DNA of 64,000 nt, from the NCBI GenBank assembly GCA_002269645.1, contig NIVC01002293.1, forward strand, positions 62,001 through 126,000, given 5' to 3'. The DNA comes from Macrostomum lignano (taxonomy: Eukaryota). Positions 47,896-59,400 of this stretch are shown here, piece by piece; position 1 is the first letter of the stretch; each line of letters opens with the position of its first letter. Both the position numbers and the translations under genes were made by a program. A model generated the notes under the pieces. It ran no database searches, was not told where the DNA came from, and saw only the letters and a program-made list of their open reading frames with translations.

Positions 47896-49269
47896 TACAA
47901 GTTATTATCAAGTAGGCCTAACTAAGCTACTTAATTTTAGTAGCTAGGGCCTATAATTGACTTGAGTCAACTAATTTCTCTATTTTAAGTATTACAAAAA
48001 TAATGTTGTTGATGAATGATGTTGAGTACATGTGTAACAAGTCCGGTATATTTAATAGCGAATATTTATTATTATAGGCATAGCTATTACTAGCGAAGGG
48101 GAGTATTAGCAACGTATATGGTTCAGCGGATACGTCTGTCAGTCCTGGATGAATTGCTATACTCGTAGCATAAGGAATCTTACTGTCTGTCTTAGTATGA
48201 ATGCGTACACTGGTGATTGGCTCTGGTTATAATTATTGTATCTCACGTACATGCTAAGTTGATCTACGTCCAAGGCTAGCCACACGCTTACAGAAAGTTG
48301 TAGTAGTAAATTTGGCTCAGGCTTAAGGAGCCTGTTTTGCCAGTATGATCCGATGTATTTAGTATTTGTTCAAAAGGTTAAATTTTTACACGAGTTACGA
48401 TGCGAGTTACGATATTTGTAAAAGTAATGACCGGATTTTCGGTTCTCGGTTCAGTTCCGAAATCACCCGTATATACACGTTAGGCGGTATAGAACACGGC
48501 AAAAACCGCCTATAAGGCAGTCCGTATCATGCTATATGATACAGTAGCATGCTATAGACCGCCTTTTTTATGCGCACAAGGGCCAAATATGGCACAAATT
48601 TGAACAGACGTTTCTGCTTATTTTTTAGTTCACTAATGCAAAGTAGGCCTAGCGATTTTACTAACCTACTACGCTACTATTCTCTAGTACAGTATTTTAG
48701 TGTCACTAGAATGCTAGATAAAAATTAGGTCAGGATGACTTAGTTACAAGTGTAAGTGTTAACATTTAACATTATTTTATGTAGGCCTACTAGCTGTTTA
48801 TTATTTCCACAATATTAATAGGCCCAGCGAATTAATATTAGAACAGGAGAACAATACAACTCGACTTAAAGTTCAATTAGTGAACTTGGATGGCGCTCAG
48901 TTTCAGTTTGTAGCTAGGCCTATGCACAATTTTGTAACTGAATGCAATAACTGTGTGACTAAGCTAGGCCTAGGGCTATATATTCAATATTCTTTTTTCT
49001 GAACCCTGAATCCTGAGTTTAGGAGAGAAACTATTTAGTAAAGCTAGCTATATTGATAGATATATTGAACAACCATAATTTAGGGTTCTAATATACTATA
49101 CTAATAGCCTATTATATATACGTAGTACAACTAGCTGAGCTAGCATAAAATTCCATAAATGGATGTATTTTTTATTTTTTATTTTATTGATAAATTGGGT
49201 TCTATTCTACTATTTTATGTTATAGGTTAAGCCTGAAATTAGTATTTAGTATTTAGAGGTTCTATATTT

Positions 49270-51060
49270 TTTGTTTTTTTAACCTTCCCTTTCCCCATAA
49301 CCTGCTAGCCTTCCCTATATGGTTACACCCTACTGCCCTTTACCATACCTTACCCCAATGGCCTTCCTACAACACTTGCTACCTTTTCTTATCAATACAA
49401 GCCTTTCCCATACCTTGCTGCCCTTCATTGTCTTTTATAGGCCTTTTCCATACCCTGCTGTCTTTCACAAACCTTGCTGCTCTTCAATGTATCCTGCTTG
49501 GCCTTCATTGTATCTTGTTGGCCTTCCCACATGGCCACACCTTGCTGGCTTTTCCCATATCCTGCTAGCCTTCCCCACACCCTACTGTCTTTCCCCATAC
49601 CCTGCTGTCTTTCCCCTACCCTGCTGTCCTTCCCCACACCCTTGCCAGCCTTCCTTACTCCTTGCTGGCCTTCCCCACACCCTGCCAGCTTCCCCACATC
49701 CTGCTCGCCTTCTCTACTCCCTGCTACCCTTCCCCACACCCTGCTGTCCTTCCCCACATCCTGCTGGCCTTCCCTACTCCTTGCTACCCTTCCCCACACC
49801 CTGCCGGCCTTCCCCACACCCTGCCGGCTTCCCCACATCCTGCTGGCCTTGCCTTCCCTACTCCCTGCTACCCTTCCCCACACCCTGCTGTCCTTCCCCA
49901 CACCATGCTTGCCTTACACTACCAATGCAGGCTTTCCCTACACCCTGCTGTCCTTCCCCATCAATGCAGGCCTTCCTCACTCCCTGCTGGCATTCCCCAC
50001 ACCCTGCCGGCCCTCCCCACATCCTGCTGGCCTTCCCTACTCCTTGCTACCCTTCCCCACACCCTGCCGGCCTTCCCCACACCCTGCCGGCTTCCCCACA
50101 TCCTGCTGACCTTCTCTACTCCCTGCTACCCTTCCCCACACCCTGCCTGCTTCCCCTCATCCTGCTGGCCTTCCCTACTCCCTGCTACCCTTCCCCACAC
50201 CCTGCTGTCCTTCCCCACACCCTGCTGTCTTTCCCCACACCCTGCTAATCTTCACTACCAATGCAGGCTTTCCCTACACCTTTCTTTCCTTCCCCATCAA
50301 TGCAGGCCTTTCCCACTCCCTTCTGGCATTCCCTACACCCTGCCGGCTTCCCCACTTCCTGCTGGCCTTCCCTACTCCCTGCTACCCTTCCCCACACCCT
50401 GCCGGCTTCTCCACATCCTGCCGGCTTCTCCACATCCTGCCGGCCTTCCCTATTTCCTGCTACCCTTCCCCACACCCTGCTGTCCTTCCCCACACCCTGC
50501 TTGCCTTACACTACCAATGCAGGCTTTCCCTACACCCTGCTGTCCTTCCCCATCAATGCAGGCCTTTCCCACTCCCTGCTGGCATTCCCCACACCCTGCC
50601 GGCCTTCCCCACACCCTGCCAGCCTTCCCTACTGCTGGCCTTCCCTTTTTCCTGCTACCCTTCCCCACACCCTGCCGGCCTTCCCCACACCCTGCCAGCC
50701 TTCCCTACTGCTGGCCTTCCCTTTTTCCTGCTACCCTTCCCCACACCCTGCCAGCTTCCCCACTTCCTGCTGGACTTCCCTACTCCCTGCTACCCTTCCC
50801 CACACCCTACTGTCCTTCCCCACACCCTGCCGGCTTCTCCACATCCTGATCCTGCCGGCTTCTCCACATCCTGCCGGCCTTCCCTATTTCCTGCTACCCT
50901 TCCCCACACCCTGCCGGCCTTCCCCATACCCTGCTGTCATTTCCCACACCCTGCCACTCTACCTCTCACAGGCTATCCCTCCCAGACAGCCCTCCCAGAC
51001 AGCCCTCCCAGACAGCCCCTCCAGGCTAACCCGACTCTACCCCTCCCAGGCAGCCCTTCC
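49270..51060. repeat. Degenerate C-rich minisatellite (about 1.8 kb)
   Basis: CCTTCCCCACACCCTGCTG / CCTTCCCTACTCCCTGCTA-type units with larger duplicated blocks. Confidence 0.92.
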
Positions 51061-51091
51061 GGGCTTCATCTCCCACTCAACCTCTTCCAGA

Positions 51092-51421
51092 AGCGGAGGA
51101 CGATCGCAGGACTGTCTGCTGCCTGCCGCTTCGGCTGCAGTGACCGCCGGCTCAAGCGGAGGACGATCGCAGGACTGTCTGCTGCCTGCCGCTTCGGCTG
51201 CAGTGACCGCCGGCTCAAGCGGAGGACGATCGCAGGACTGTCTGCTGCCTGCCGCTTCGGCTGCAGTGACCGCCGGCTCAAGCGGAGGACGATCGCAGGA
51301 CTGTCTGCTGCCTGCCGCTTCGGCTGCAGTGACCGCCGGCTCAAGCGGAGGACGATCGCAGGACTGTCTGCTGCCTGCCGCTTCGGCTGCAGTGACCGCC
51401 GGCTCAAGCGGAGGACGATCG
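51092..51421. repeat. 63-bp perfect GC-rich tandem repeat (5.2 copies)
   Basis: (AGCGGAGGACGATCGCAGGACTGTCTGCTGCCTGCCGCTTCGGCTGCAGTGACCGCCGGCTCA)n. Confidence 0.96.
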
Positions 51422-52790
51422 CTGCTCCGCGTGCTATCATCTACTAGTGTTGTGAGTGCTAAGGGCGATCGAAGGACTAATGAAGAAGCATATTATCCGA
51501 TTTCTTTTAGAGGAGATCTATGCCAGTTATTTATCTTCTCGTTTAATTAGCAGTGAGTAAAAAAATACGACAATTATATGCTGCCGCTTATAGACTCTAC
51601 AATATCATCAGCAGAATACGTAAATTGAAGTCGTTTGAAACAAGAGTACGTAGATGGTAAGATGGCATGTATTTAGCTTCTTCCTAGTGAAATCAGTGAA
51701 TTGTGTTGGTCGCTTACAGAACCTATTCAGCTTCTCCGCTCATAGTCACTCAAGCATCAAGTGCTAACAATGCAGATTAGCTATGAACTGTATTGGAATG
51801 CTTTGCATCATGCATTTTCATTTTAAATACAAGGACTTTTTCTCTCGTTCATTGGCAGGTATCGAGATGAGACAAAGCAATGTGCATTACGCTGCTGCCT
51901 ATTCATAGGACGCAGAGTGCACGCAGGATCCTCTGAGGTGAAAGAAGACGACGGTGACGACTACGACATGGATGACTATTCAGCCACATTGGACAGAAAT
52001 TAGCTGTTAGCCGACGTAGCCGTATAAATGTTTGGTCACACTTCTCTGTGCCCGTGGCGTATGCAACATTTAATCCATGACCTCTTTGCAATATTGCACT
52101 ACCATCAAACGCTGACGCTCTTTTTCTCGCTCTGTAATGCTGTAACCAGTTTTTTGTCCCCCCCTTGTCGAGTTTGAGAGAACTATGCAGCGCATTTTTT
52201 CGACAAGAGTTTTTCATTGTCTTTTGTCAATGTGCAGTTTTACGAGTACATGTATATACTTAACTGAGTATTGTAAACATGTGCCTCTAAAATAAAACAG
52301 ACTTCACTGCTTTTAACTATGCTTTTTACGATAATTCGCTCTGTCATGTCCTGAAACATTCCTGTTTTATCGAATTCTCTTTTGATGATGACACAAATAT
52401 GGTCACAAAGAATAGTGGGAGGTAGAGCCATATGGCGCGAGGTATAAAGTGATTTTACATGATTTTACATGATTTTACGAGAGGTATGATTTTACATTAC
52501 AGTAGTCTCAATAGTTTATCTCCCCCTATTGGCCTCCCTTTCTCCTTCTCGCCCTCTGTCTCTGCAGCACCTGTTGGTTAAAAATGAGAGGAAAGCTCGG
52601 CAAGAAAAGCCTCTGTGGAAAAGTCTCGTGCTCTCATAGCCTGACATCCTGCCACTTTTTAAATAGCCATGACTTTCCTGGTACATGGACATTTACATAC
52701 GTAAGTTGTTTCCATCGGATTGAGACATGATTTATAACTAGTATAAGTATATTAGTAATAGTAAATTCAGTCAGTCTTATCATATACGAG

Positions 52791-52868
52791 CAGTGGCGGA
52801 TCTAGAATTTCATTTTGGGAGGGGGCGGTCCAAGTTTGGGAGGCCAACATGAGTAATGAGGGGCACCA
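52791..52868 (+). mobile_element. Possible terminus of a hAT-like non-autonomous element interrupted by the LTR insertion
   Basis: Begins CAGTGGCGGATCTAGAATTT...GGGGGC, a start typical of hAT non-autonomous elements. No matching opposite TIR was found in the window. Confidence 0.3.
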
Positions 52869-52873
52869 ATTAT

Positions 52874-53065
52874 TGTTAAGTAGGAACAAGCGAGACATTT
52901 AGGCACGACAAAACTCTTAAGGCCCAAGTTGGCCAAAGTCAGACTATATATATTGTCAAGTGAAGCGGGTTGAAATATTGATTCATGCAATGTACAGTGT
53001 CGCGTGTACATAGAGCTAGTGTGCATTTTGAATTAAGAAAGAGTTCTAAAACGCGACACACAACA
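52874..53065 (-). repeat. 3' LTR
   Basis: 191/192 identical to 57642-57833. Confidence 0.97.
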
Positions 53066-53447
53066 TCTCCCAACGCAAGAAATAAGTTTGTTAACCGATT
53101 ACAGTATTAAAGTATTTAGCAAAATCTCCGAACGGAAGCGGAAATAAAAGCAAATTCGAATGGAAGCGGATTTAAAAAAACTACAATCTTTGAGTCATGT
53201 TGGACTAATAACATTGGCAACATTGATACAAACAATGCACATTAACTTTAATGCAAAGCTCTGGACCGATACAATGCAACAATACACTCCTAATCTCTCC
53301 ACTGTCTAAGAATACAAAGTCGGAAGTCAATGCGGAATATAACGCGACCTTACGATTCGCAAGCTCAAACAGTTCCAAAAAAACAGTTCATCAAACTTTA
53401 ACTCAAATCAGAATCAAGCGTCAACTTATCTTCATCAATACAGCGGC

Positions 53448-56400
53448 TTAACTCGGATGATAGAAAACTGGCGTTTTGACAACTCGGCCACGCATTGTCC
53501 TGTACGGCTCATCTGACTGCTTTGAGGCCGGCTGCACGGAGGCCGGCTGCACGGAGGCCGGCTGCACAGAGGCCGGCTGCGCAGAGGCCGGCTGCACAGA
53601 GGCCGGCTGCACGGAGGCCGGCTGCGCAGAGGCCGGCTGCACAGAGGCCGGCTGCACGGAGGCCGGCTGCGCAGAGGCCGGCTGCACGGAGGCCGGCTGC
53701 TCAGCCTCGTCGACATCCTCGCTGTCACAATGGAGAGACTCGCTGAATGGCACATCTACCATTCGAGGCCTGATGAAACGGCGATTCGTTCTGAGCAGCT
53801 GACCAGTCTCGGTTCGAACCCAGTACGACCTTGGACAATTCTCCAGCTCGCTGTCGATCTCAGCAGCCACCCAGTCGCGACGACCTCGTTGGAGCCAGAC
53901 CAGATCACCAGCAGCTAGTCTCCTCAATGGTCGAGCTCCTCGGTTGTACAACTGCGCTGCCCGAGTGCGCTGCTTCTCAAAGGCCTCTATGCTTGAGTGT
54001 AGGTGAATTTCCTTTGGCCGCAAATCTTGAACAGTTGCCGGCAAGTCGCACCGGAGCTTACGACCGAATGCCATCTCAGCTGGACTCGGAAAGCCGCTGC
54101 CGACTGGGGTGTTGCGGTAGTGAAGCAACGCCAGCTCCAGGTTCTGTCCAGTCTCTGAGCACTTCTTCAGCATATTCTTTGCCGTTTGTACGTAGCGTTC
54201 TGCTCTTCCATTTGATTGCGGGTACGTCGGACTTGAAGTTCGGTGCTCGACCTTGAATTCTGCTATCGTCTGTCGAAATTCCCGAGCGGAAAACTGTGGA
54301 CCTCCGTCGCTGACGAGTTTCTCTGGCACTCCGAAGTTTTGAAAATGGTCCCGAATCACTGAAACGACAGCTGCGCTGGTGGTCGATCTCATTCGAGTGA
54401 CATTCATCCAGCGACTGTAGGAGTCCACGTACACCAGGTAGGATGAACCGCCGAACTCGAACAGGTCTGTGGAGCAATCTTGGAATGGGAAGCTCGGCAT
54501 GTCCACCGTCATCAGCGTCTCCTTAGACTGGGTTCTCATGTTTCGCTGACAAGACTCGCAGTCAGTGACGACCTGCTCCACACAGCTCCGCATTCCTGGC
54601 CAGTAGAAATAGTCCTTAGCCTTGAGGTGCATTTTCACGATGCCTGGGTGCCCAGCATGAAGAATTTTGAGCACCTGTTTCCTTGAATCTCCGCTGGGAA
54701 CATAGATCCGGTCCTTCAAGCACAAAAGTCCGGAAGCATAGGTCAGGTCATGCCGAACGTCCCAAAACGGCTTCAGGTCGTCTGTCAACCTCGCTCTGTG
54801 CTCTGGCCAACCGTCTAGGATGACATTCCGCAACCGCTCGCTCGTCATATCTTTGGCTGTTGCATTCTTGATCATGTGCAAGATCTCGCGGTCCCCGCTA
54901 AAGCAGCGCTCGACTGATAGGACTTGACCATCGAGGGCTTCTTCTAGCTGAATTGTGAGGAGATCAGCTGCACCGTGTGCTCGGCTCAATGTGTCGGCTA
55001 CGTGCAACTCCTTTCCGGGAGTGTACTTGACGCGAATGTCATAAGGCTGCAACTGGAGCATAAGTCGCTGAATTCGAGGCGTTGTGTCACACAGAGCCTT
55101 CTTGAAGATCGCCTCCAACGGCTTGTGGTCGCTCTGGACATGCACTGTCCGGCCCCAGATGTATCGATGGAACTTTTTGCAGCCATAGACAATAGCAAGA
55201 AGCTCTTTCTCGATTTGTGCATATGCTCGCTGGGCACTGGTCATTGCAGAGGACGCGTATTCGACTGGGCGATGGTCTTGTAGCAGCACTGCGCCAATTC
55301 CACTCTTGCTTGCGTCGACTGAAACCGTTACGGGCTTGGCTGTGTCAAAGGTAGCCAGCACCCGGTTCGAGCACAGATCCGCGATGATTGCATCATACGC
55401 CTGGTCGTGCTGATCCAGCCAGCTCCATATGATTTCCTTCTTCAGGAGATGCCTCAGTGGTTCCGCAGTGGCTGACAGGTGCGGGCAGAATCTTGCCAAG
55501 TAGGTGACACAGCCGAGAAAACGCCTCAGTTGCTCTTTCTTTGCGGTTACGCCTTCCAGAGAGTCGGGTCTTGCCATCTGCTTGATTGCCTTGACCTTCT
55601 GTGGATCAGCTCGAATTCCATCAGGGCCCAGAATATCACCTAAGTAGTTCAGCTCTGGGGCTCCAACTCGCATCTTGTTCGGATTCAGCGTCACGTTAGC
55701 GCGCTTGCACTGCTCCATCAGGCTGCGAACTGCAGTGTCATGTTCCTCGATGGTGCGCCCCCACACGATAATGTCATCGAAAAAGTTTTTCGAGTTCTTG
55801 ACGTGACCGGTGACATTCTCCTCCATGCGCTTTTGGAACACTTCGGGGATCGATGATAAGCCGTACGGCACCCGCTTCCACCTGTAACGGCCGAATGGAG
55901 TATGGAACGTAGTGAGGAACGAGCTCTGCTCATCTAGCTTGAGCTGATGGAAACTCTCGTTGGCGTCAAATGTGCTGTACACCACGGCTCCAGCAGTCGC
56001 CATCCGAACTTCCTCCGCCGTTGGAATCGGGTGATATTCGCGGATGATGAACTGGTTCAGGTATGTTGGATCAAGGCATAGGCGCATCGAGCCGTCCTTC
56101 TTCCAGACAATGGTGACGTTTGAAACCCATTGAGTCGGCTCGTCTACTCGAACAATTTTCCCATCTCTCTCCAGGCGCTCCAGCTCGCACTTCAATGGCT
56201 GATAGGCCGCGAATGGAACCTTGCGTGGCGGCTGGACTTTTGGAGCGGCATTTTCTGTTAGCTGAATTGTGTACTGCTGCTTCATGCACCCGACACCTTT
56301 GAACACAGTCGGATAGTCTGCTATCAGCTGGCTGCTAGTGATCTGAGACTGGTGGGGTTTCTCAACTTTGCTGAGATTGGCTGGGCTCTTGTTTATGGCA

Positions 56401-57590
56401 AAAAGCTTCCTGATGAGATGCAACTCATGCAGTGCTGACTTCCAACCTATGATCGGAGTCGCGTTTTCTCCAACGACTACAAACTGAAGTTTAACGTTTT
56501 TCTGACACGGAGACGAAACTGTCAGGTGAGTTAGGCCGACGACATCCAGCTGCTGTCTGTTGTAGGTAGTGAGTGTCCAGGATGTGGGCTCAATTTCAGC
56601 CGCAGGGGCGAACTTGATCAGGCATCGCAGCGGAACAACGTTGACATCTGCCCCAGTATCGACCTTAAACTGGAGCATCCGTCCCGAATCCTTTGCCGTG
56701 AGATTCACCATCATTGCTGAGTAGTCGTGCAGACGCTGAGCTTCCAGTTTCTCAACTGTCATGACTGTCGCTGGTTTTGCCTCTTGGTCAGCGTCATCCA
56801 GCTGCTGCTTGTCCTCCTGGAGCTCGTTGACTTTCTTTGAGGACCGGCACATTGACGAGAAGTGGTTCAGACGGCCACAGCTGTTACACTTCCTACCGTA
56901 GGCTGGGCATTTTCTCCGCTCGTGCTGCAGTCCGCAGAAGCCACAGCCGCGGCCTGAAGGCGGTTTTGGTGGGCCAGCTGGTGCTCGGGGTCCACCTTGG
57001 ACAACATCCACCGTTGACGGCGGAGCTCGGCCGCTCTGAGTTGCCAGCAGAGCGCTAGCCTGTCGCTTTGACGTCTCCGAAGCCCGTCCCATCTGAATTG
57101 CACGGTTGAGTGTCAGGTTGGACTCACGGAGTAGTCTCTCTTTGAGCGCTGGGTCGCCGACTCCGATCACGATCTGGTCGCGGATGACGCTGTCGCCGAC
57201 TGACTCGCCGTTGGCCGGTGTCGCGTAGTTGCACCTGGTCACGAGCTGTCGCAGAGAGGCAACGAACTGATCGAAGTCTTCCGACTCCTTCTGCACTCTG
57301 GTTCTGAACAGGTAGCGGTCGAAGGTCTCGTTGCTCATTGGCTCACAGTAATTCTTGAATTGATTGAGAACCCCAGCGTATGTCGCCACTTCGGCTGTCG
57401 GGAAGGTGGAGAACACGTCTTGTCCTTCTGATCCGAGCGCAGTCAACAGTATTGCAATCTTGACCTCTTCGCTCTCCTCCGTCTTCTTGGTTGCCTTCAT
57501 GTAGAAGTCGATCGCTTTGCTCCATTTTCTCCAGTTATCTGCGCGATTGGCATCAAAAACCATCGGCTCTGGAGGCCTCAGTCCTTCCAT
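53448..57590 (-). CDS. Gag-Pol polyprotein (1380 aa): Gag with two Cys/His knuckles, aspartic protease, RT, RNase H, integrase
   Basis: CGFCGLQHERRKC and CNSCGRLNHFSSMC; FKVDTGAD; RLCLDP...FFDDII; VDASK...AQIEKELLA...SDHKPL...ADTLSR; HAGH...CESC, DLF...DSYS...SDGGPQF...SNGRAER. Domain order PR-RT-RH-IN indicates Ty3/gypsy. Confidence 0.97.
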   Translation of the reverse strand: MEGLRPPEPMVFDANRADNWRKWSKAIDFYMKATKKTEESEEVKIAILLTALGSEGQDVFSTFPTAEVATYAGVLNQFKNYCEPMSNETFDRYLFRTRVQKESEDFDQFVASLRQLVTRCNYATPANGESVGDSVIRDQIVIGVGDPALKERLLRESNLTLNRAIQMGRASETSKRQASALLATQSGRAPPSTVDVVQGGPRAPAGPPKPPSGRGCGFCGLQHERRKCPAYGRKCNSCGRLNHFSSMCRSSKKVNELQEDKQQLDDADQEAKPATVMTVEKLEAQRLHDYSAMMVNLTAKDSGRMLQFKVDTGADVNVVPLRCLIKFAPAAEIEPTSWTLTTYNRQQLDVVGLTHLTVSSPCQKNVKLQFVVVGENATPIIGWKSALHELHLIRKLFAINKSPANLSKVEKPHQSQITSSQLIADYPTVFKGVGCMKQQYTIQLTENAAPKVQPPRKVPFAAYQPLKCELERLERDGKIVRVDEPTQWVSNVTIVWKKDGSMRLCLDPTYLNQFIIREYHPIPTAEEVRMATAGAVVYSTFDANESFHQLKLDEQSSFLTTFHTPFGRYRWKRVPYGLSSIPEVFQKRMEENVTGHVKNSKNFFDDIIVWGRTIEEHDTAVRSLMEQCKRANVTLNPNKMRVGAPELNYLGDILGPDGIRADPQKVKAIKQMARPDSLEGVTAKKEQLRRFLGCVTYLARFCPHLSATAEPLRHLLKKEIIWSWLDQHDQAYDAIIADLCSNRVLATFDTAKPVTVSVDASKSGIGAVLLQDHRPVEYASSAMTSAQRAYAQIEKELLAIVYGCKKFHRYIWGRTVHVQSDHKPLEAIFKKALCDTTPRIQRLMLQLQPYDIRVKYTPGKELHVADTLSRAHGAADLLTIQLEEALDGQVLSVERCFSGDREILHMIKNATAKDMTSERLRNVILDGWPEHRARLTDDLKPFWDVRHDLTYASGLLCLKDRIYVPSGDSRKQVLKILHAGHPGIVKMHLKAKDYFYWPGMRSCVEQVVTDCESCQRNMRTQSKETLMTVDMPSFPFQDCSTDLFEFGGSSYLVYVDSYSRWMNVTRMRSTTSAAVVSVIRDHFQNFGVPEKLVSDGGPQFSAREFRQTIAEFKVEHRTSSPTYPQSNGRAERYVQTAKNMLKKCSETGQNLELALLHYRNTPVGSGFPSPAEMAFGRKLRCDLPATVQDLRPKEIHLHSSIEAFEKQRTRAAQLYNRGARPLRRLAAGDLVWLQRGRRDWVAAEIDSELENCPRSYWVRTETGQLLRTNRRFIRPRMVDVPFSESLHCDSEDVDEAEQPASVQPASAQPASVQPASVQPASAQPASVQPASVQPASAQPASVQPASVQPASVQPASKQSDEPYRTMRGRVVKTPVFYHPS

Positions 57591-57641
57591 TAGCTAGCTT
57601 GCTTGGCTATTGGGGGAAAGTACTTTATGCTTGCGACGCCA

Positions 57642-57833
57642 TGTTATGTAGGAACAAGCGAGACATTTAGGCACGACAAAACTCTTAAGGCCCAAGTTGG
57701 CCAAAGTCAGACTATATATATTGTCAAGTGAAGCGGGTTGAAATATTGATTCATGCAATGTACAGTGTCGCGTGTACATAGAGCTAGTGTGCATTTTGAA
57801 TTAAGAAAGAGTTCTAAAACGCGACACACAACA
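57642..57833 (-). repeat. 5' LTR
   Basis: 191/192 identical to 52874-53065; followed on the minus strand by the PBS. Confidence 0.97.
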
Positions 57834-58112
57834 ATTATGAGGGGGTGCAAAAATGCTGTACTGCTGAAAATAACGAACGGGAAACACGGATTGCATGTTA
57901 TTAATTTAAATACGTACGAGTATTTGATTTGAGAAGCACAATATCGGGGAAAAGTTTTGCCTTCTCTGTGACGTGCTTGGCAAGTGCACATGCACTAGCT
58001 ACATGGGGGGGTTCATAAGACCGAAATTTCACAACGCCGAAACCATACTTCACAAGACCGATACTTCATAAGACCGAAATTTCACAACGGCGGAGTTTTA
58101 ACAAAAGCTCTC

Positions 58113-58170
58113 AGCCAATCGGAAAATTCAGCGTGCGTTAAAACAAATCGGCCGGTGAGAGCTATAAAAG
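58113..58170 (+). promoter_or_regulatory. CCAAT + TATA-box promoter-like pair
   Basis: AGCCAATC at 58113-58120 and TATAAAAG at 58163-58170; no downstream ORF identified. Confidence 0.3.
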
Positions 58171-59355
58171 GCGGCAACTCTAACTGCGCTCGAAATATCT
58201 CCCGGTTTTTGTCCTTGCCAATGCCTGGGGCGCTCAACTTGGCCTGATACTGCCTTCTGGCTCTTCCCCCTACGGTCCTGCCGATCTGATCCTCCTTCCC
58301 CCGGCAGTTTCGTCTTCAAAAGCTAAGTTCCCCCTGAGAAGCATCATCAATATCTCCGGCAGTGATCTAAGAGCAGCAACGACAACCGGCAAGTGAGGAG
58401 CAACAGCGTCGCGCGTCAGTTAAGATCAGCAGCAGCATACCATCTGAGTGTTTCGGTCTCTGTGGATTCCTTGGCTACCGGCAGATAGGTCCTCTGATTA
58501 GTTGGGTGAGAGGCTCTTTTGACCTGCTTAACTGGGTGCACCCTTTGTCTAACCCCTTCCTAGGTAGTCTGATAGGATTTGCACTTTTGCTTACTTGCTT
58601 TTGTGTGCCAATCTCGAGGCAGAAGTGTTAGTTAATATTAAAATTAGCCATTTGCTCTAACTCAATCTAATGTGTTTAGGATTGCGGATTAAGTGAGAAA
58701 GTTAAATCTGGAAGTTAAAGACTTAGCGTTTTCTTTCTTTTTCGCAATACCAGCTGAGATGAGCGGCTTAATCTAGAGGCAGAGGTCACGGTGGACCGGA
58801 AGCGGCACAGTTCCCAGTCAATCAGTCGATCTAAGAAATCATTATGTTAAGCATGCAAATTAAGTGCCAGACTGGCGCTTTCGCGCTGTCTCAGGCAGCT
58901 AAGCGGCTAAAACGAGATAAATATTAGTCTGAAGGTCTCCAAAAGTGACAATACATCTACACCATCGTTATCTGTCGACGTGTTAACACATTTAGTGCCA
59001 AACTAGCAATCTAGCGCCCCCTTCGGGGTGGCCAATAAGCAAGGACGAATCCTTTAAAATGAAAAAAAATTCTTCGGGAGAGGGGGCTAGGAATCGAATT
59101 CTCATTTTAATTCCAGGCTTATGTACCAATAAAACATGTTTGTGCAGAATTTTATAACAGACATTGAAATTCAACCCATACTTGCCTTCTTTCAGAGCTA
59201 CTTCTACCAGTATGCTTCAGTACGCTACCAGTACCCTTGTAAGCCTTGACATGTCAGCAATCCCCCCCCCACAAGCCTTAAACATATCAACTCCCCCCTT
59301 GACATCTCAGCGATGCTCCCATAAGCCTTGAAATCTTAAAAAATCTGTCTACTTT

Positions 59356-59400
59356 CTAACCCTAACCCTAACCTAACCCTAACCCTAACCCTAACCCTAA
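59356..59400. repeat. Interstitial telomere-like (CCCTAA)n tract
   Basis: About 7 units of CCCTAA with one CCTAA variant. Confidence 0.9.

Larger units (their letters stand above)
52874..57833 (-). mobile_element. Full-length Ty3/gypsy (Mag-like) LTR retrotransposon
   Basis: 192-bp LTRs (52874-53065, 57642-57833) with TG...CA ends and 1 mismatch. 5-bp TSD ATTAT (52869-52873, 57834-57838). PBS TGGCGTCGCAAG next to the 5' LTR; short PPT GGGAGA next to the 3' LTR. Single intact gag-pol ORF. Confidence 0.98.

Noticed and set aside
49319-51550. Long Pro-rich + strand ORFs
   Set aside because: They arise from the stop-poor C-rich degenerate minisatellite.
51903-52431. Short minus-strand ORFs faintly reminiscent of a decayed transposase
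   Set aside because: No diagnostic motif could be aligned by eye; a profile search would be needed.
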